Source of the DNA: Candidatus Methylomirabilis oxygeniifera
Lineage (GTDB): Bacteria; Methylomirabilota; Methylomirabilia; Methylomirabilales; Methylomirabilaceae
Direction of reading: 5' to 3'
Assembly (NCBI GenBank): GCA_000091165.1
Contig: FP565575.1
Span: forward strand, 810,001 to 842,000
DNA length: 32,000 nt
A program made the translations under genes and the position numbers. Below the pieces are notes generated by a model that was given only the letters and a program-made list of their open reading frames with translations, did not search any database and was not told where the DNA came from. Positions 14,936 to 23,180 of the stretch are shown one piece after another. Each line of letters starts with the position of its first letter. Positions within the stretch are counted from its first letter, which is position 1.

Positions 14936-16786
14936 ATGGAGAAGAAACAGCGACAGTTTGCTCTCGGGTACTTCGTGGCCGCCTTCTTTCTGGTGCTGGC
15001 GGTTCACGATTTCCTGATAGCGCGCCATACTGAGACCCTGTCGTACAGCGAATTCAAGGTCCTTGTGAAAGCCGGTAAGGTGGAAGACCTGACTCTCGGG
15101 ACGCGTGTCATCTACGGGCGGCTGAAACGGGAGGGACTGGAAGGGCTCCTGTCCAAAGAGAAGGTCGAGGAGATTCAACGGGTCACTGGAGCAGAGCTTC
15201 GCTTCGCCACCGTCAGAGTCGACGATCCGACGCTCATCCAGGAACTGGAGGCGTTGAAGGTGCGTTTCGCCGGCGAGGTGGAAAGTACGTGGTTTACCAC
15301 GCTGCTGTCCTGGGTGCTCCCTGCGCTGGTCTTTGTTGGCGTGTGGATGTTTCTCATGAAGCGGGTCGGAGGACCGGCGAGCGGTCTGATGGCGATCGGC
15401 AAGAGTAAAGCCAAAGTATACATGGAGAAAGAGACCGGCGTGACCTTCGCAGACGTGGCGGGGATCGACGAGGCGCGCGCTGAGTTGATGGAGATCGTCG
15501 AATTTCTGAAGACACCCGAACGGTACCGCCGCCTTGGAGGAAAGATACCCAAAGGGGTTCTGATAGTCGGGGCCCCGGGAACGGGGAAGACGCTGCTGGC
15601 TAAGGCCGTAGCCGGGGAGGCCGGGGTTCCATTCTTCAGTATGAGCGGGTCGGATTTCGTCGAGATGTTTGTGGGAGTCGGGGCGGCTCGAGTGCGCGAT
15701 CTCTTTGCCCAGGCTCAGGAAAAGGCCCCCTGCATCATCTTTATCGATGAACTGGATGCCCTCGGAAAGGCCCGTGGGCTCAATCCGATGGGCGGACACG
15801 ACGAACGGGAGCAGACCCTCAACCAACTGCTGGTGGAGATGGACGGCTTCGACACAAACAAGGGCGTGATCATCATGGCTGCGACCAACCGCCCGGAGAT
15901 CCTCGATCCGGCCTTGCTCCGCCCCGGGCGTTTCGACCGACAGGTCGCCCTCGACCGCCCGGATATCAAGGGACGGGAGAAGATTCTCCAGGTGCACGCT
16001 AAGCCGGTTACGCTTTCGCCGGGAGTGAACCTCGCTGCCATTGCTGCGAAGACTCCGGGGTTTGTCGGCGCCGATCTGGCCAACCTGGTGAACGAGGCGG
16101 CGCTGCTGGCTGCGCGCAAGGGCAGGGATGCGGTGGAGATGGCGGATTTCGATGAGGCGATCGACCGGATTGTGGGCGGCCTCGAGAAGAAGACCAGGGT
16201 GATGAATCCCGCGGAGAAGGAGACCGTTGCCTACCACGAGGCCGGCCATGCCCTGGTGGCGGAGTCTCGCCCTCGCGCCGACCGTGTCTCGAAGATCTCG
16301 ATTATCCCGCGCGGGGTGGCCGCGCTCGGTTATACGCAGCAGTTACCTACGGAGGATCGGTACCTGCTTAAGAGGGCTGAGATACTTGACCGGCTGGATG
16401 TGTTGCTTGGAGGTCGGGTGGCCGAAGAGATCGTCTTCGGCGATGTCTCCACCGGAGCCCAGGATGATCTTCAGCGGGCCACCGATATGGCCCGTCTCAT
16501 GGTGACTCAATACGGGATGAGCGAACAGTTAGGACTGGCGACGTTCGAAGAGCCGCGCAGTTCCCCTTTCCTCAACATCTCGAAGCCTCAGAGATTGCGG
16601 GAGTATAGTGAGCAGACGGCTCAGACGATTGATGAGGAGATCCGGAAGCTCCTGACTGAAGCCCACACCAGAGTCGAGCAGACGCTTGCCGGTAGACGCA
16701 ACGAGCTGGATGCGCTGGCCAAGCTGCTGCTGGAAAAGGAGGTCGTCGATCGGGAGGCCCTGACGCAACTGCTTCGGCCCCAGTAG
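14936..16786 (+). CDS. ftsH: ATP-dependent zinc metalloprotease FtsH
   Basis: AAGGAG lies 8 nt upstream of ATG 14936 (GTG at 14933 is possible). Two N-terminal TM segments, Walker [19 protein letters not shown], Walker [13 protein letters not shown] region, zinc motif HEAGHAL. Confidence 0.95.
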   Translation: MEKKQRQFALGYFVAAFFLVLAVHDFLIARHTETLSYSEFKVLVKAGKVEDLTLGTRVIYGRLKREGLEGLLSKEKVEEIQRVTGAELRFATVRVDDPTLIQELEALKVRFAGEVESTWFTTLLSWVLPALVFVGVWMFLMKRVGGPASGLMAIGKSKAKVYMEKETGVTFADVAGIDEARAELMEIVEFLKTPERYRRLGGKIPKGVLIVGAPGTGKTLLAKAVAGEAGVPFFSMSGSDFVEMFVGVGAARVRDLFAQAQEKAPCIIFIDELDALGKARGLNPMGGHDEREQTLNQLLVEMDGFDTNKGVIIMAATNRPEILDPALLRPGRFDRQVALDRPDIKGREKILQVHAKPVTLSPGVNLAAIAAKTPGFVGADLANLVNEAALLAARKGRDAVEMADFDEAIDRIVGGLEKKTRVMNPAEKETVAYHEAGHALVAESRPRADRVSKISIIPRGVAALGYTQQLPTEDRYLLKRAEILDRLDVLLGGRVAEEIVFGDVSTGAQDDLQRATDMARLMVTQYGMSEQLGLATFEEPRSSPFLNISKPQRLREYSEQTAQTIDEEIRKLLTEAHTRVEQTLAGRRNELDALAKLLLEKEVVDREALTQLLRPQ

Positions 16787-17049
16787 TCCTAGAGACCAAG
16801 ATCCCAACACCTCATATTCCCTTCTACCGCTGGGGCATTCGGCTTTTTCATGTGGCATACATGTCCCACATTGTCATTCTAGAGTTTTCGCATAGTTACA
16901 TTGTCGCTGGTTCCGCGATGGGGCAGTTGCTCCCGGTTTCGCGGAGGGACGTCGACGGCGTCATGCTGATGTCGGCGACTGTTCGTAAAAATACTCGTCG
17001 TTTCAAATAGTTAGGTTGGGTATTGGAGCGACAGAACTTGTACGATCGT

Positions 17050-17064
17050 TGGCACCGCCATTGC
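17050..17064 (+). promoter_or_regulatory. sigma54 (RpoN) -24/-12 promoter TGGCAC-N5-TTGC
   Basis: TGGCACCGCCATTGC: GG at 17051-17052 and GC at 17063-17064 with exactly 10 nt between. This is a full match to the TGGCAC-N5-TTGC core, 110 nt upstream of the 17174 start. Confidence 0.6.
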
Positions 17065-17100
17065 TCTTATACGTAGCGTCGTAGGTCATAACATGGACGT

Positions 17101-17160
17101 TATTCTCGCGAAAACAGGAATCCAGTAAGGCCCTAGATTCCGGGTTAAGCCCGGAATGAC
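17101..17160 (-). repeat. repeat family R3, copy 2 (inverted relative to 2207-2268)
   Basis: TATTCTCGCGAAAACAGGAATCCAGTAAGGCCCTAGATTCCGGGTTAAGCCCGGAATGAC aligns with the reverse complement of 2207-2268. It lies between the sigma54 promoter and the first start codon. Confidence 0.7.
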
Positions 17161-17173
17161 AAAGCGCTAGACC

Positions 17174-17620
17174 ATGATGAGCGATCAGCGGAAGGTCCTA
17201 ATCGTTGCGCCGGAGTCGGCGATCCGGCAGCAGATCCTCGGTCGCGTGGCGGCGCAGGCGTGCCGGACTGTGACCGCCGGGACGGGCAGCGATGCCTTAT
17301 TGGCTGTGGTTGAGCACGATGTGGCGCTGGTGATTCTCGATCTCTCGATCGCCGAGCCCTCCGGCAGCAGGACTATTGAGATCCTCCGAAAGATTCGACC
17401 TCGCTTGCCCGTGGTGGTATTGTCCGATGACCGGTCGCTCGAGACGGGTCGCCAGGTCCTTCAGCACGGCGTCTTTTATTACCTGCTTACGCCGTTTGAC
17501 GTTGACGAGCTTGACCAGATTGTGCGGATCGCTCTGACCTCCACCATGCAACGCGCCGCAGGAGTTGAGGAGAGGTCCCGCGAATGGCAATCGGCAGGCG
17601 AGAGGGGAGGGGTGGCATGA
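17174..17620 (+). CDS. stand-alone response-regulator receiver domain protein, atypical (degenerate acidic pocket)
   Basis: CheY-like pattern KVLIVAPES...ALVILDLSIAEPSG...LPVVVLSDD...YYLLTPF. The Asp pair is replaced by Ala-Pro and the conserved Lys (KPF) by Thr; the phospho-acceptor Asp position is retained. SD is weak. Confidence 0.75.
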   Translation: MMSDQRKVLIVAPESAIRQQILGRVAAQACRTVTAGTGSDALLAVVEHDVALVILDLSIAEPSGSRTIEILRKIRPRLPVVVLSDDRSLETGRQVLQHGVFYYLLTPFDVDELDQIVRIALTSTMQRAAGVEERSREWQSAGERGGVA

Positions 17621-18726
17621 CGGCAGTTCGGCGCGCGGTGAGCATCGGTGTCGCGGCGCTGGCGTTGTTGCCGGTCGTTCGCGAGGTCGCGTTCGCGCAC
17701 GGGACGGGTATACGCGGCACGCAGGCGCTGTACGTCGCGAATGAGGGGTCGGATACGGTCTCGGTGATCGATCTTGCGTCGATGAAGGTGACCGGCGCCA
17801 TTGCCGTAGGCGCCGGTCCGCAGCATATTGCTGTCAGCCCGGATCGGCAATATGCTGTTGTCACGTGTAGCCGTTCGGCTGAGGTCTGGATCCTGGCGTT
17901 GCCCGCGCACACGGTCGTTGCCACGGTTTCCAATGCGACCGGTCCCGGAGGCCAGACGGTGTTTGGAGCCGCCGCGACCTATGCCTATGTCACCAACAGT
18001 CAGTATAGCCGAGTCACGGTGATTGAGACGGCCGTCGGCAAGAAGGTGGCCATGATTCCGGTTGGGGAAGCGCCGACCCAGATCAGCATCTCTCCCGATG
18101 GCGGCCATGCTTATGTTCCCAGTGAGCGATCTCATACCGTAGCCGCGCTGAACCTGTCGCTGAATGTCGTTGCGGGGGAGCTCCCCATCGCCGTCAGGCC
18201 GTCTGCCGTCGAGATCTCTCCGGACGGCAAGTATCTGCTGGTCGCCAGCGCCGTCTCCAACTCCGTCACTGTGATCGATACGACTACCCGGCAGTCGTTG
18301 CGCAGAATCCCCGTCGGTGACGACCCCCATCACGTGGTGTTCGGTCCCGGTGGAGCCTTTGCGTATGTTCTCAACAGGGGCTCGGACAGTCTGAGTGTGA
18401 TTCAGATGGCGAATCATCAGGTCGTCGCGACCATCCCCGTTGGGAAGGAGCCGAGCGATGCCGACATTACGCCGTCGGGCCATTACATCTATGTGACCAA
18501 CACGCGAGGGGGCGACGTGTCGGTTATCTCAACGCAGACCAGCGCCGTCGTAGGGACAATTCCTGTAGGCGCCCGGCCCCACAACATCGTCATCTCCGGC
18601 GATGGGCGGTACGCCTTTGTGGCCAACACCGGATCGGATGATATCTCCGTGATCAATCTGCTGTCCCAGACCACGGTGGGGCGAGTGTCGGTCGGAAAGC
18701 GCCCTCATGGGATAGCCTTATGGTGA
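17617..18726 (+). CDS. secreted YVTN-family (YncE-like) beta-propeller repeat protein
   Basis: ATG overlaps the upstream stop (ATGA at 17617-17620). Signal-like MTAVRRAVSIGVAALALLPVV. There are about 7-8 repeats of roughly 40 residues of the form YV(A/T)N.GSD.VSVID......V..I.VG..P..I..SPDG. Confidence 0.85.
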   Translation: MTAVRRAVSIGVAALALLPVVREVAFAHGTGIRGTQALYVANEGSDTVSVIDLASMKVTGAIAVGAGPQHIAVSPDRQYAVVTCSRSAEVWILALPAHTVVATVSNATGPGGQTVFGAAATYAYVTNSQYSRVTVIETAVGKKVAMIPVGEAPTQISISPDGGHAYVPSERSHTVAALNLSLNVVAGELPIAVRPSAVEISPDGKYLLVASAVSNSVTVIDTTTRQSLRRIPVGDDPHHVVFGPGGAFAYVLNRGSDSLSVIQMANHQVVATIPVGKEPSDADITPSGHYIYVTNTRGGDVSVISTQTSAVVGTIPVGARPHNIVISGDGRYAFVANTGSDDISVINLLSQTTVGRVSVGKRPHGIALW

Positions 18727-18736
18727 GGAGCCGCCG

Positions 18737-19153
18737 ATGACACAGCTTTCAGAAATCATGAATCGGAAGCTGATTACCGTAGATACGCGTACATCATTGT
18801 ACCAGGCTCAGCGAGTACTGGATCAGCATCACATCCGCCATCTGTTCGTCATGGACGGCAAACGTCTGGTTGGGATCGTTACCGATCGCGACCTTCGAAA
18901 GGCTGCCCCCTCTTCCAAGTCGCCGTTGACGATCCATGAACGCGAGGAGTTCATGGACGAATTGAAGGTGGTGGAGGTCATGTCGCGCAAACTGATCACG
19001 GCCTCCCCCACAACGACAGCGCGAGAAGCGGCGAAGGTGATGGTTCGTGGGAAGATCGGTTGCCTGCCGGTGGTGGAGGGCAATACGCTGGTTGGGATCG
19101 TCACTGAGACCGATCTGCTCGAGATATTGGTTCGAGGAGAGGAGACATCATGA
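18737..19153 (+). CDS. CBS-pair domain protein
   Basis: GAGGAG lies 5 nt upstream. Two CBS modules (IMNRKLITVD...VMDGKRLVGIVTDRDL; VMSRKLITASP...VVEGNTLVGIVTETDLL). Confidence 0.9.
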   Translation: MTQLSEIMNRKLITVDTRTSLYQAQRVLDQHHIRHLFVMDGKRLVGIVTDRDLRKAAPSSKSPLTIHEREEFMDELKVVEVMSRKLITASPTTTAREAAKVMVRGKIGCLPVVEGNTLVGIVTETDLLEILVRGEETS

Positions 19154-21126
19154 CCGGCGAGCGCGCGCCTTTTCCAGGCATTCCGGCCACAGCGGACGGT
19201 TCGGCTGCAGTCGTCTGGGTTGACTCGCATATTACGCAAGGCGCCTGCGCCTATCCGATTACTCCCTCCACCAACATGGGGACGGGATACCAGGCGGAGG
19301 TTGCGAACGGCACACGCAACCTCTGGGGCGACCCGCTCTTTTTCATCGAGCCGGAGTCGGAACATAGCTCCGCATCGGCGTGTGAGGGGTTTGCGCTGGC
19401 GGGGGGGCGGGTCTCGAACTTTACCTCCGGTCAGGGGCTGGTCCTGATGAAGGAGGTGCTCTATACCATCGCCGGGAAACGGCTGCCGGCGGTCTTTCAT
19501 ATCGGCGCCCGTGCGCTGACCTCTCAGGCTCTGAACGTCCACGCCGGACATGACGACGTCATGGCCGTTGCGGATGTCGGCTGGGGCATGCTCTTTGCGA
19601 AGAACGCCCAGGATGCGGTCGATCTGGCGCTGATCGCCCGCCGCGCCGCCGAAGAGGGCGAGACCCCCTTCATGACGGTACAGGACGGTTTTCTCACGAC
19701 CCACACCATCGAGAACCTCCTGCTTCCTGAACCCGAGCTGATGAAGGAGTTTATCGGGGACCCGCATGGCGGCACACGCCTGCGCAACCTCATGAACCCT
19801 TTACAGCCGATCATGAGCGGGGTTGTGCAGAATCAGGACAGTTACATGAAGGGCAAGATCGCCCAGCGGTTCTTCTATGATCGCTTGCCGACGATTGTTG
19901 AGGGGATTATGGAGCGATTCTACACCCTGACAGGCCGTCGATACGGTCTGATAGAGGCGTACAGGCTCGAGGATGCCGACTACGCCATCGTCGGGATGGG
20001 AGGGATGGTCGAGACCGCCATGGCGACCGTCGATCACCTGCGACTGCACCGCGGAGTTCGAGCGGGCGCCCTCCACGTGACCTGCTTCCGTCCATTTCCG
20101 GGTCGACAGATCGTCGAGGCGATGAAGCACCTGAAAGCGATGGCGGTCATTGAGCGTATGGATAATCCGCTGGCCGAATCGAATCCGCTCACCGCCGAGA
20201 TCAAGGCGGCGTTTGCCGATGCGCTGACGGGCGCGCCGGGATTTCCGGCGATAGACCGGATGCCGATCATCTATTCCGGTTCGGCCGGGCTGGGCAGCCG
20301 GGATATCCGTCCCGGCGACCTGGCGGCCGCGATCGACAATATGCGGCGCGAGGATGGCGGGTCTCGCTACTTTGTCGTGGGGATCAAGCACGACGTGGCG
20401 CTTGTGCCATCCGAAGATCCGGACGTCCGTCCGGTCGGCACCTTTTCGATGCGCGGCCATTCGGTCGGCGGATTCGGATCGGTGACGACCAACAAGGTGA
20501 TCGCGACGATTGTCGGCGACCTCTTCGGCTTGAAGGTCCAGGCCTACCCGAAGTATGGTTCTGAGAAGAAAGGGCTGCCCACGACCTACTATCTGACCGT
20601 GGCGAAAGAGCGAATCCGTACCCATTGCGAGCTGACGCAGGTCGATTTCGTGCCCCTGAACGATGTCAATGCCTTTAATCTCGGCAATCCGTTGGCCGGT
20701 CTGGCGACAGACGGCATGGTCTTCATCCAGACCGACCAAAAGACACCGGAGGAGGTGTGGGCGCGGATTCCTGACTATGCGAAGCAGATTATCCGGGAGC
20801 GGCGTATCCGCGTCCTTGCCCTGGACACTGTGAAGATTGCACGTGAGGCGGCCAGCTCTTCGGACCTCGAGCAACGGATGCAGGGAATTGTCCTGTTGGG
20901 GATTTTTCTTCGCTGTACGCCGTTTCTCCGCGAGCAGCGTCTCGACGAGGAGCAGGTCTTCTCGGCGGTGGAGCGGTCGTTGCGGAAGTATTTCGGCAAG
21001 CGGGGCGAGCAGGTGGTCCAGGATAACCTGAAAGCGGTGAGACGAGGCTACACCGAGGTCTTCGAGGTTCCAGCGGAGACGATCGCGGAGGTTGGGGCCG
21101 GCGCCTCGGGTCCTCGTTCTGAGTAG
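19150..21126 (+). CDS. pyruvate/2-oxoacid:ferredoxin oxidoreductase, fused alpha (domains I-II) plus gamma (domain III) part
   Basis: ATGA overlap with the CBS gene. The N-terminus aligns with single-chain PFOR (CAYPITPSTNMG, EPESEHSSASACEGFALAGGRVSNFTSGQGL, VFHIGARAL, DGFLTTH). The gamma-type segment is GGFGSVTTNKVIATIV...YPKYGSEKKGLPTTYYL. Confidence 0.88.
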   Translation: MTGERAPFPGIPATADGSAAVVWVDSHITQGACAYPITPSTNMGTGYQAEVANGTRNLWGDPLFFIEPESEHSSASACEGFALAGGRVSNFTSGQGLVLMKEVLYTIAGKRLPAVFHIGARALTSQALNVHAGHDDVMAVADVGWGMLFAKNAQDAVDLALIARRAAEEGETPFMTVQDGFLTTHTIENLLLPEPELMKEFIGDPHGGTRLRNLMNPLQPIMSGVVQNQDSYMKGKIAQRFFYDRLPTIVEGIMERFYTLTGRRYGLIEAYRLEDADYAIVGMGGMVETAMATVDHLRLHRGVRAGALHVTCFRPFPGRQIVEAMKHLKAMAVIERMDNPLAESNPLTAEIKAAFADALTGAPGFPAIDRMPIIYSGSAGLGSRDIRPGDLAAAIDNMRREDGGSRYFVVGIKHDVALVPSEDPDVRPVGTFSMRGHSVGGFGSVTTNKVIATIVGDLFGLKVQAYPKYGSEKKGLPTTYYLTVAKERIRTHCELTQVDFVPLNDVNAFNLGNPLAGLATDGMVFIQTDQKTPEEVWARIPDYAKQIIRERRIRVLALDTVKIAREAASSSDLEQRMQGIVLLGIFLRCTPFLREQRLDEEQVFSAVERSLRKYFGKRGEQVVQDNLKAVRRGYTEVFEVPAETIAEVGAGASGPRSE

Positions 21127-21137
21127 TTCGTTTGTGC

Positions 21138-21215
21138 AGGTCGGGTGAGCGTAGCGTAACCCGACATCCTCCGGTGAGCCGTCGGGTTACGGACTTGACG
21201 GCCTAACCCGATCTA
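21138..21215 (+). repeat. repeat family R4: two tandem GTCGGGT...ACCCGAC-type hairpins between the PFOR genes
   Basis: Hairpin 1 is GTCGGGT (21140-21146) / ACCCGAC (21159-21165). Hairpin 2 is TCGGGTTA (21182-21189) / TAACCCGA (21204-21211). Confidence 0.65.
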
Positions 21216-21238
21216 CAGTACAGCAGAAAGGTTCAACC

Positions 21239-22921
21239 ATGGCAGATTACGAGCCACGACACGATCCTCTGGATGAGGAGCATAGCGAGCAGGTTGCCGG
21301 GACGAAGCCTCGCGGGCTTGAGAAGGAGATCCGCGAGAGCGCCTTACCCCCGACCGGACTCCTGGAGCTTGATCTTGAACGGTACGTGGGCGACTTCAAT
21401 GAGCGAATCGTCGGGGCGTATGCGGCCGGGACCGGAGAGCAGGTGCTTCCGGCCGATGTCGGGGTGGCCAGGAGCCTGATTCCGCCGGGGACCGGCGCTC
21501 TGCGTGACTTCAGTTACATTGCGCCGGAGATCCCCCGGTTCGACCGGGACAAATGCGTCGGCTGCATGTCCTGCGTGACCGAATGCCCCGACACTGCGAT
21601 TCTCGGCAAGGCGATTCCCAAGTCACACCTGGAGGCGGAGCTGAGCGCTATCACTGACCCACAGGAGCGGGAGCGGATTCGAGCCCAGTGGGCCGTCACA
21701 AAGAAATATTACGAAATCTTTGAGAAAAAGGACGAGGAGGGCGCCCTGTTCGGCATCTTTGTCGATCCGACTAAGTGCAAGGGGTGCGCCGAGTGCGTCG
21801 AGGTCTGCGACTCGCTTGGTTATCATGCCCTGACGATGGTGAAGAAAGACGAAACGACGATCCCACGCTATCGAAACTACTTTAACTTCTTCAGGCAAGT
21901 TGGCGCTACTCCACGTCAATATATCAATGAACGAGCGTTGGCAGATATGATGCTGTCCGATGAGGCGCTTCTGTATGTCGGCGGCGCCGGCTCATGCATG
22001 GGGTGCGGCGAGGCGACAGCGATCCGGATGATGCTGGCTGCGACCGGATTCGTGCATGGCGCGGAGCAGATCGGGATCGTGGCGGCGACCGGGTGTAATA
22101 CGGTCTACGGCTCGACCTATCCTTACAACCCCTTCCTGGTTCCCTGGACCAACTCCCTGTTCGAGAACGCCCCCGCCGTGGCGATGGGGGTCCGCGGCAA
22201 GTGGGATCAACGGGGATGGCAGGCGAAGAAGCTCTGGGTGATCGGAGGGGACGGGGCGATGTACGATATCGGCTTTCAGGCGCTGTCGCGGATGCTGGCC
22301 TCCGGGATGGACATCAACGTGCTGATCCTGGATACGCAGGTTTACTCCAATACGGGCGGACAGGCCTCTACGGCGACCTATACCGGGCAGGATGCCAAGA
22401 TGGCCGTGGTCGGGAAGGCGGCGCCGGGCAAGCGGGAGCGTCGAAAAGAGCTGGCGCTTATCGCTATGATGCACCCGGATACCTTTGTAGCGCAAACCAC
22501 AGCGGCCCATATCAATCATTTTTATCGGGCCATTATGGCCGCGAATGAGTACCCGGGTCCGGCTGTGGTCAGTGTCTATACAACCTGTGAGCCCGAGCAT
22601 GGCGTGGCGGACGACCGGTCCTCGTCTCAGGCGAAACTGGCGGTCGATTCTCGAGCCTTCCCCCTCTTTGTGTACGATCCGCGCAAGGGGGAGCGGATTA
22701 AAGAGCGACTCAGCCTGGCGGGTAACCCGGCGATTGGCGACGACTGGTACAGACTGCCTCACACAGGGGAGACTGCTGACTTTATTGCGTTTGCCAGAAC
22801 GGAGGGCCGGTTCGCAAAGCAGTTTGACTCGGAGGGCCGTCCCTCCGAAACCTTACTCTACGCTCAGGCCGAGCGGCTCCAGTACTGGCGACGCCTGCAA
22901 GAATTGGCCGGCATGAGATAG
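21239..22921 (+). CDS. pyruvate/2-oxoacid:ferredoxin oxidoreductase, ferredoxin-like (delta) plus TPP-binding (beta) part
   Basis: Two 4Fe-4S motifs (CVGCMSCVTECP, CKGCAECVEVC), extra Cys CMGCGE, and the TPP motif GGDGAMYDIGFQALSRMLASGMDINVLILDTQVYSNTGGQ. Confidence 0.88.
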   Translation: MADYEPRHDPLDEEHSEQVAGTKPRGLEKEIRESALPPTGLLELDLERYVGDFNERIVGAYAAGTGEQVLPADVGVARSLIPPGTGALRDFSYIAPEIPRFDRDKCVGCMSCVTECPDTAILGKAIPKSHLEAELSAITDPQERERIRAQWAVTKKYYEIFEKKDEEGALFGIFVDPTKCKGCAECVEVCDSLGYHALTMVKKDETTIPRYRNYFNFFRQVGATPRQYINERALADMMLSDEALLYVGGAGSCMGCGEATAIRMMLAATGFVHGAEQIGIVAATGCNTVYGSTYPYNPFLVPWTNSLFENAPAVAMGVRGKWDQRGWQAKKLWVIGGDGAMYDIGFQALSRMLASGMDINVLILDTQVYSNTGGQASTATYTGQDAKMAVVGKAAPGKRERRKELALIAMMHPDTFVAQTTAAHINHFYRAIMAANEYPGPAVVSVYTTCEPEHGVADDRSSSQAKLAVDSRAFPLFVYDPRKGERIKERLSLAGNPAIGDDWYRLPHTGETADFIAFARTEGRFAKQFDSEGRPSETLLYAQAERLQYWRRLQELAGMR

Positions 22922-22927
22922 GAGTGG

Positions 22928-23032
22928 TTATCAGGTGCAAGTCGAAGGTCGGCGTTCGGCGATCAGCAATCAGCCGTCGGTCGGATGCTGAAAGTTGATA
23001 ACTGATAGCGGATAGCCGAACGCTGACTGATA
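22928..23032 (+). repeat. CTGA/TCAG-rich low-complexity tract (family R6)
   Basis: GATCAGCAATCAGCCGTCGG...GCTGAAAGTTGATAACTGATAGCGGATAGCCGAACGCTGACTGA. Similar TGCTGA(A/C)C motifs occur in the tails of both R1 copies and at 27010-27032. Confidence 0.5.
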
Positions 23033-23180
23033 TGGTATGCTTAATTGAGTGTTGCTGCGTCCTTGCGTGGGGATAGGGCCGGTTGAGAATATAGGACAAC
23101 CGACCGGGAGTCGAAGAAGTGAGGCTCGGACCCCGTTCCGGGCTGAAAGAGGTCAGGCATCAGTTTGCCGAAGGAGGGGT

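Noticed and set aside
16868-16905. Direct repeat ACATTGTC twice, 30 bp apart, about 150-180 bp upstream of the sigma54 promoter. Considered as enhancer-binding-protein sites.
   Set aside because: One chance 8-mer repeat is roughly what is expected in a 390-bp spacer. The sites are not palindromic as bEBP sites usually are.
23033-23077. 14-codon Cys-rich mini-ORF (MVCLIECCCVLAWG) just upstream of the radical SAM/SPASM gene. Considered as a RiPP precursor.
   Set aside because: No SD, no leader region, too short for known SPASM-maturase substrates, and it lies in low-complexity DNA. Most likely chance.
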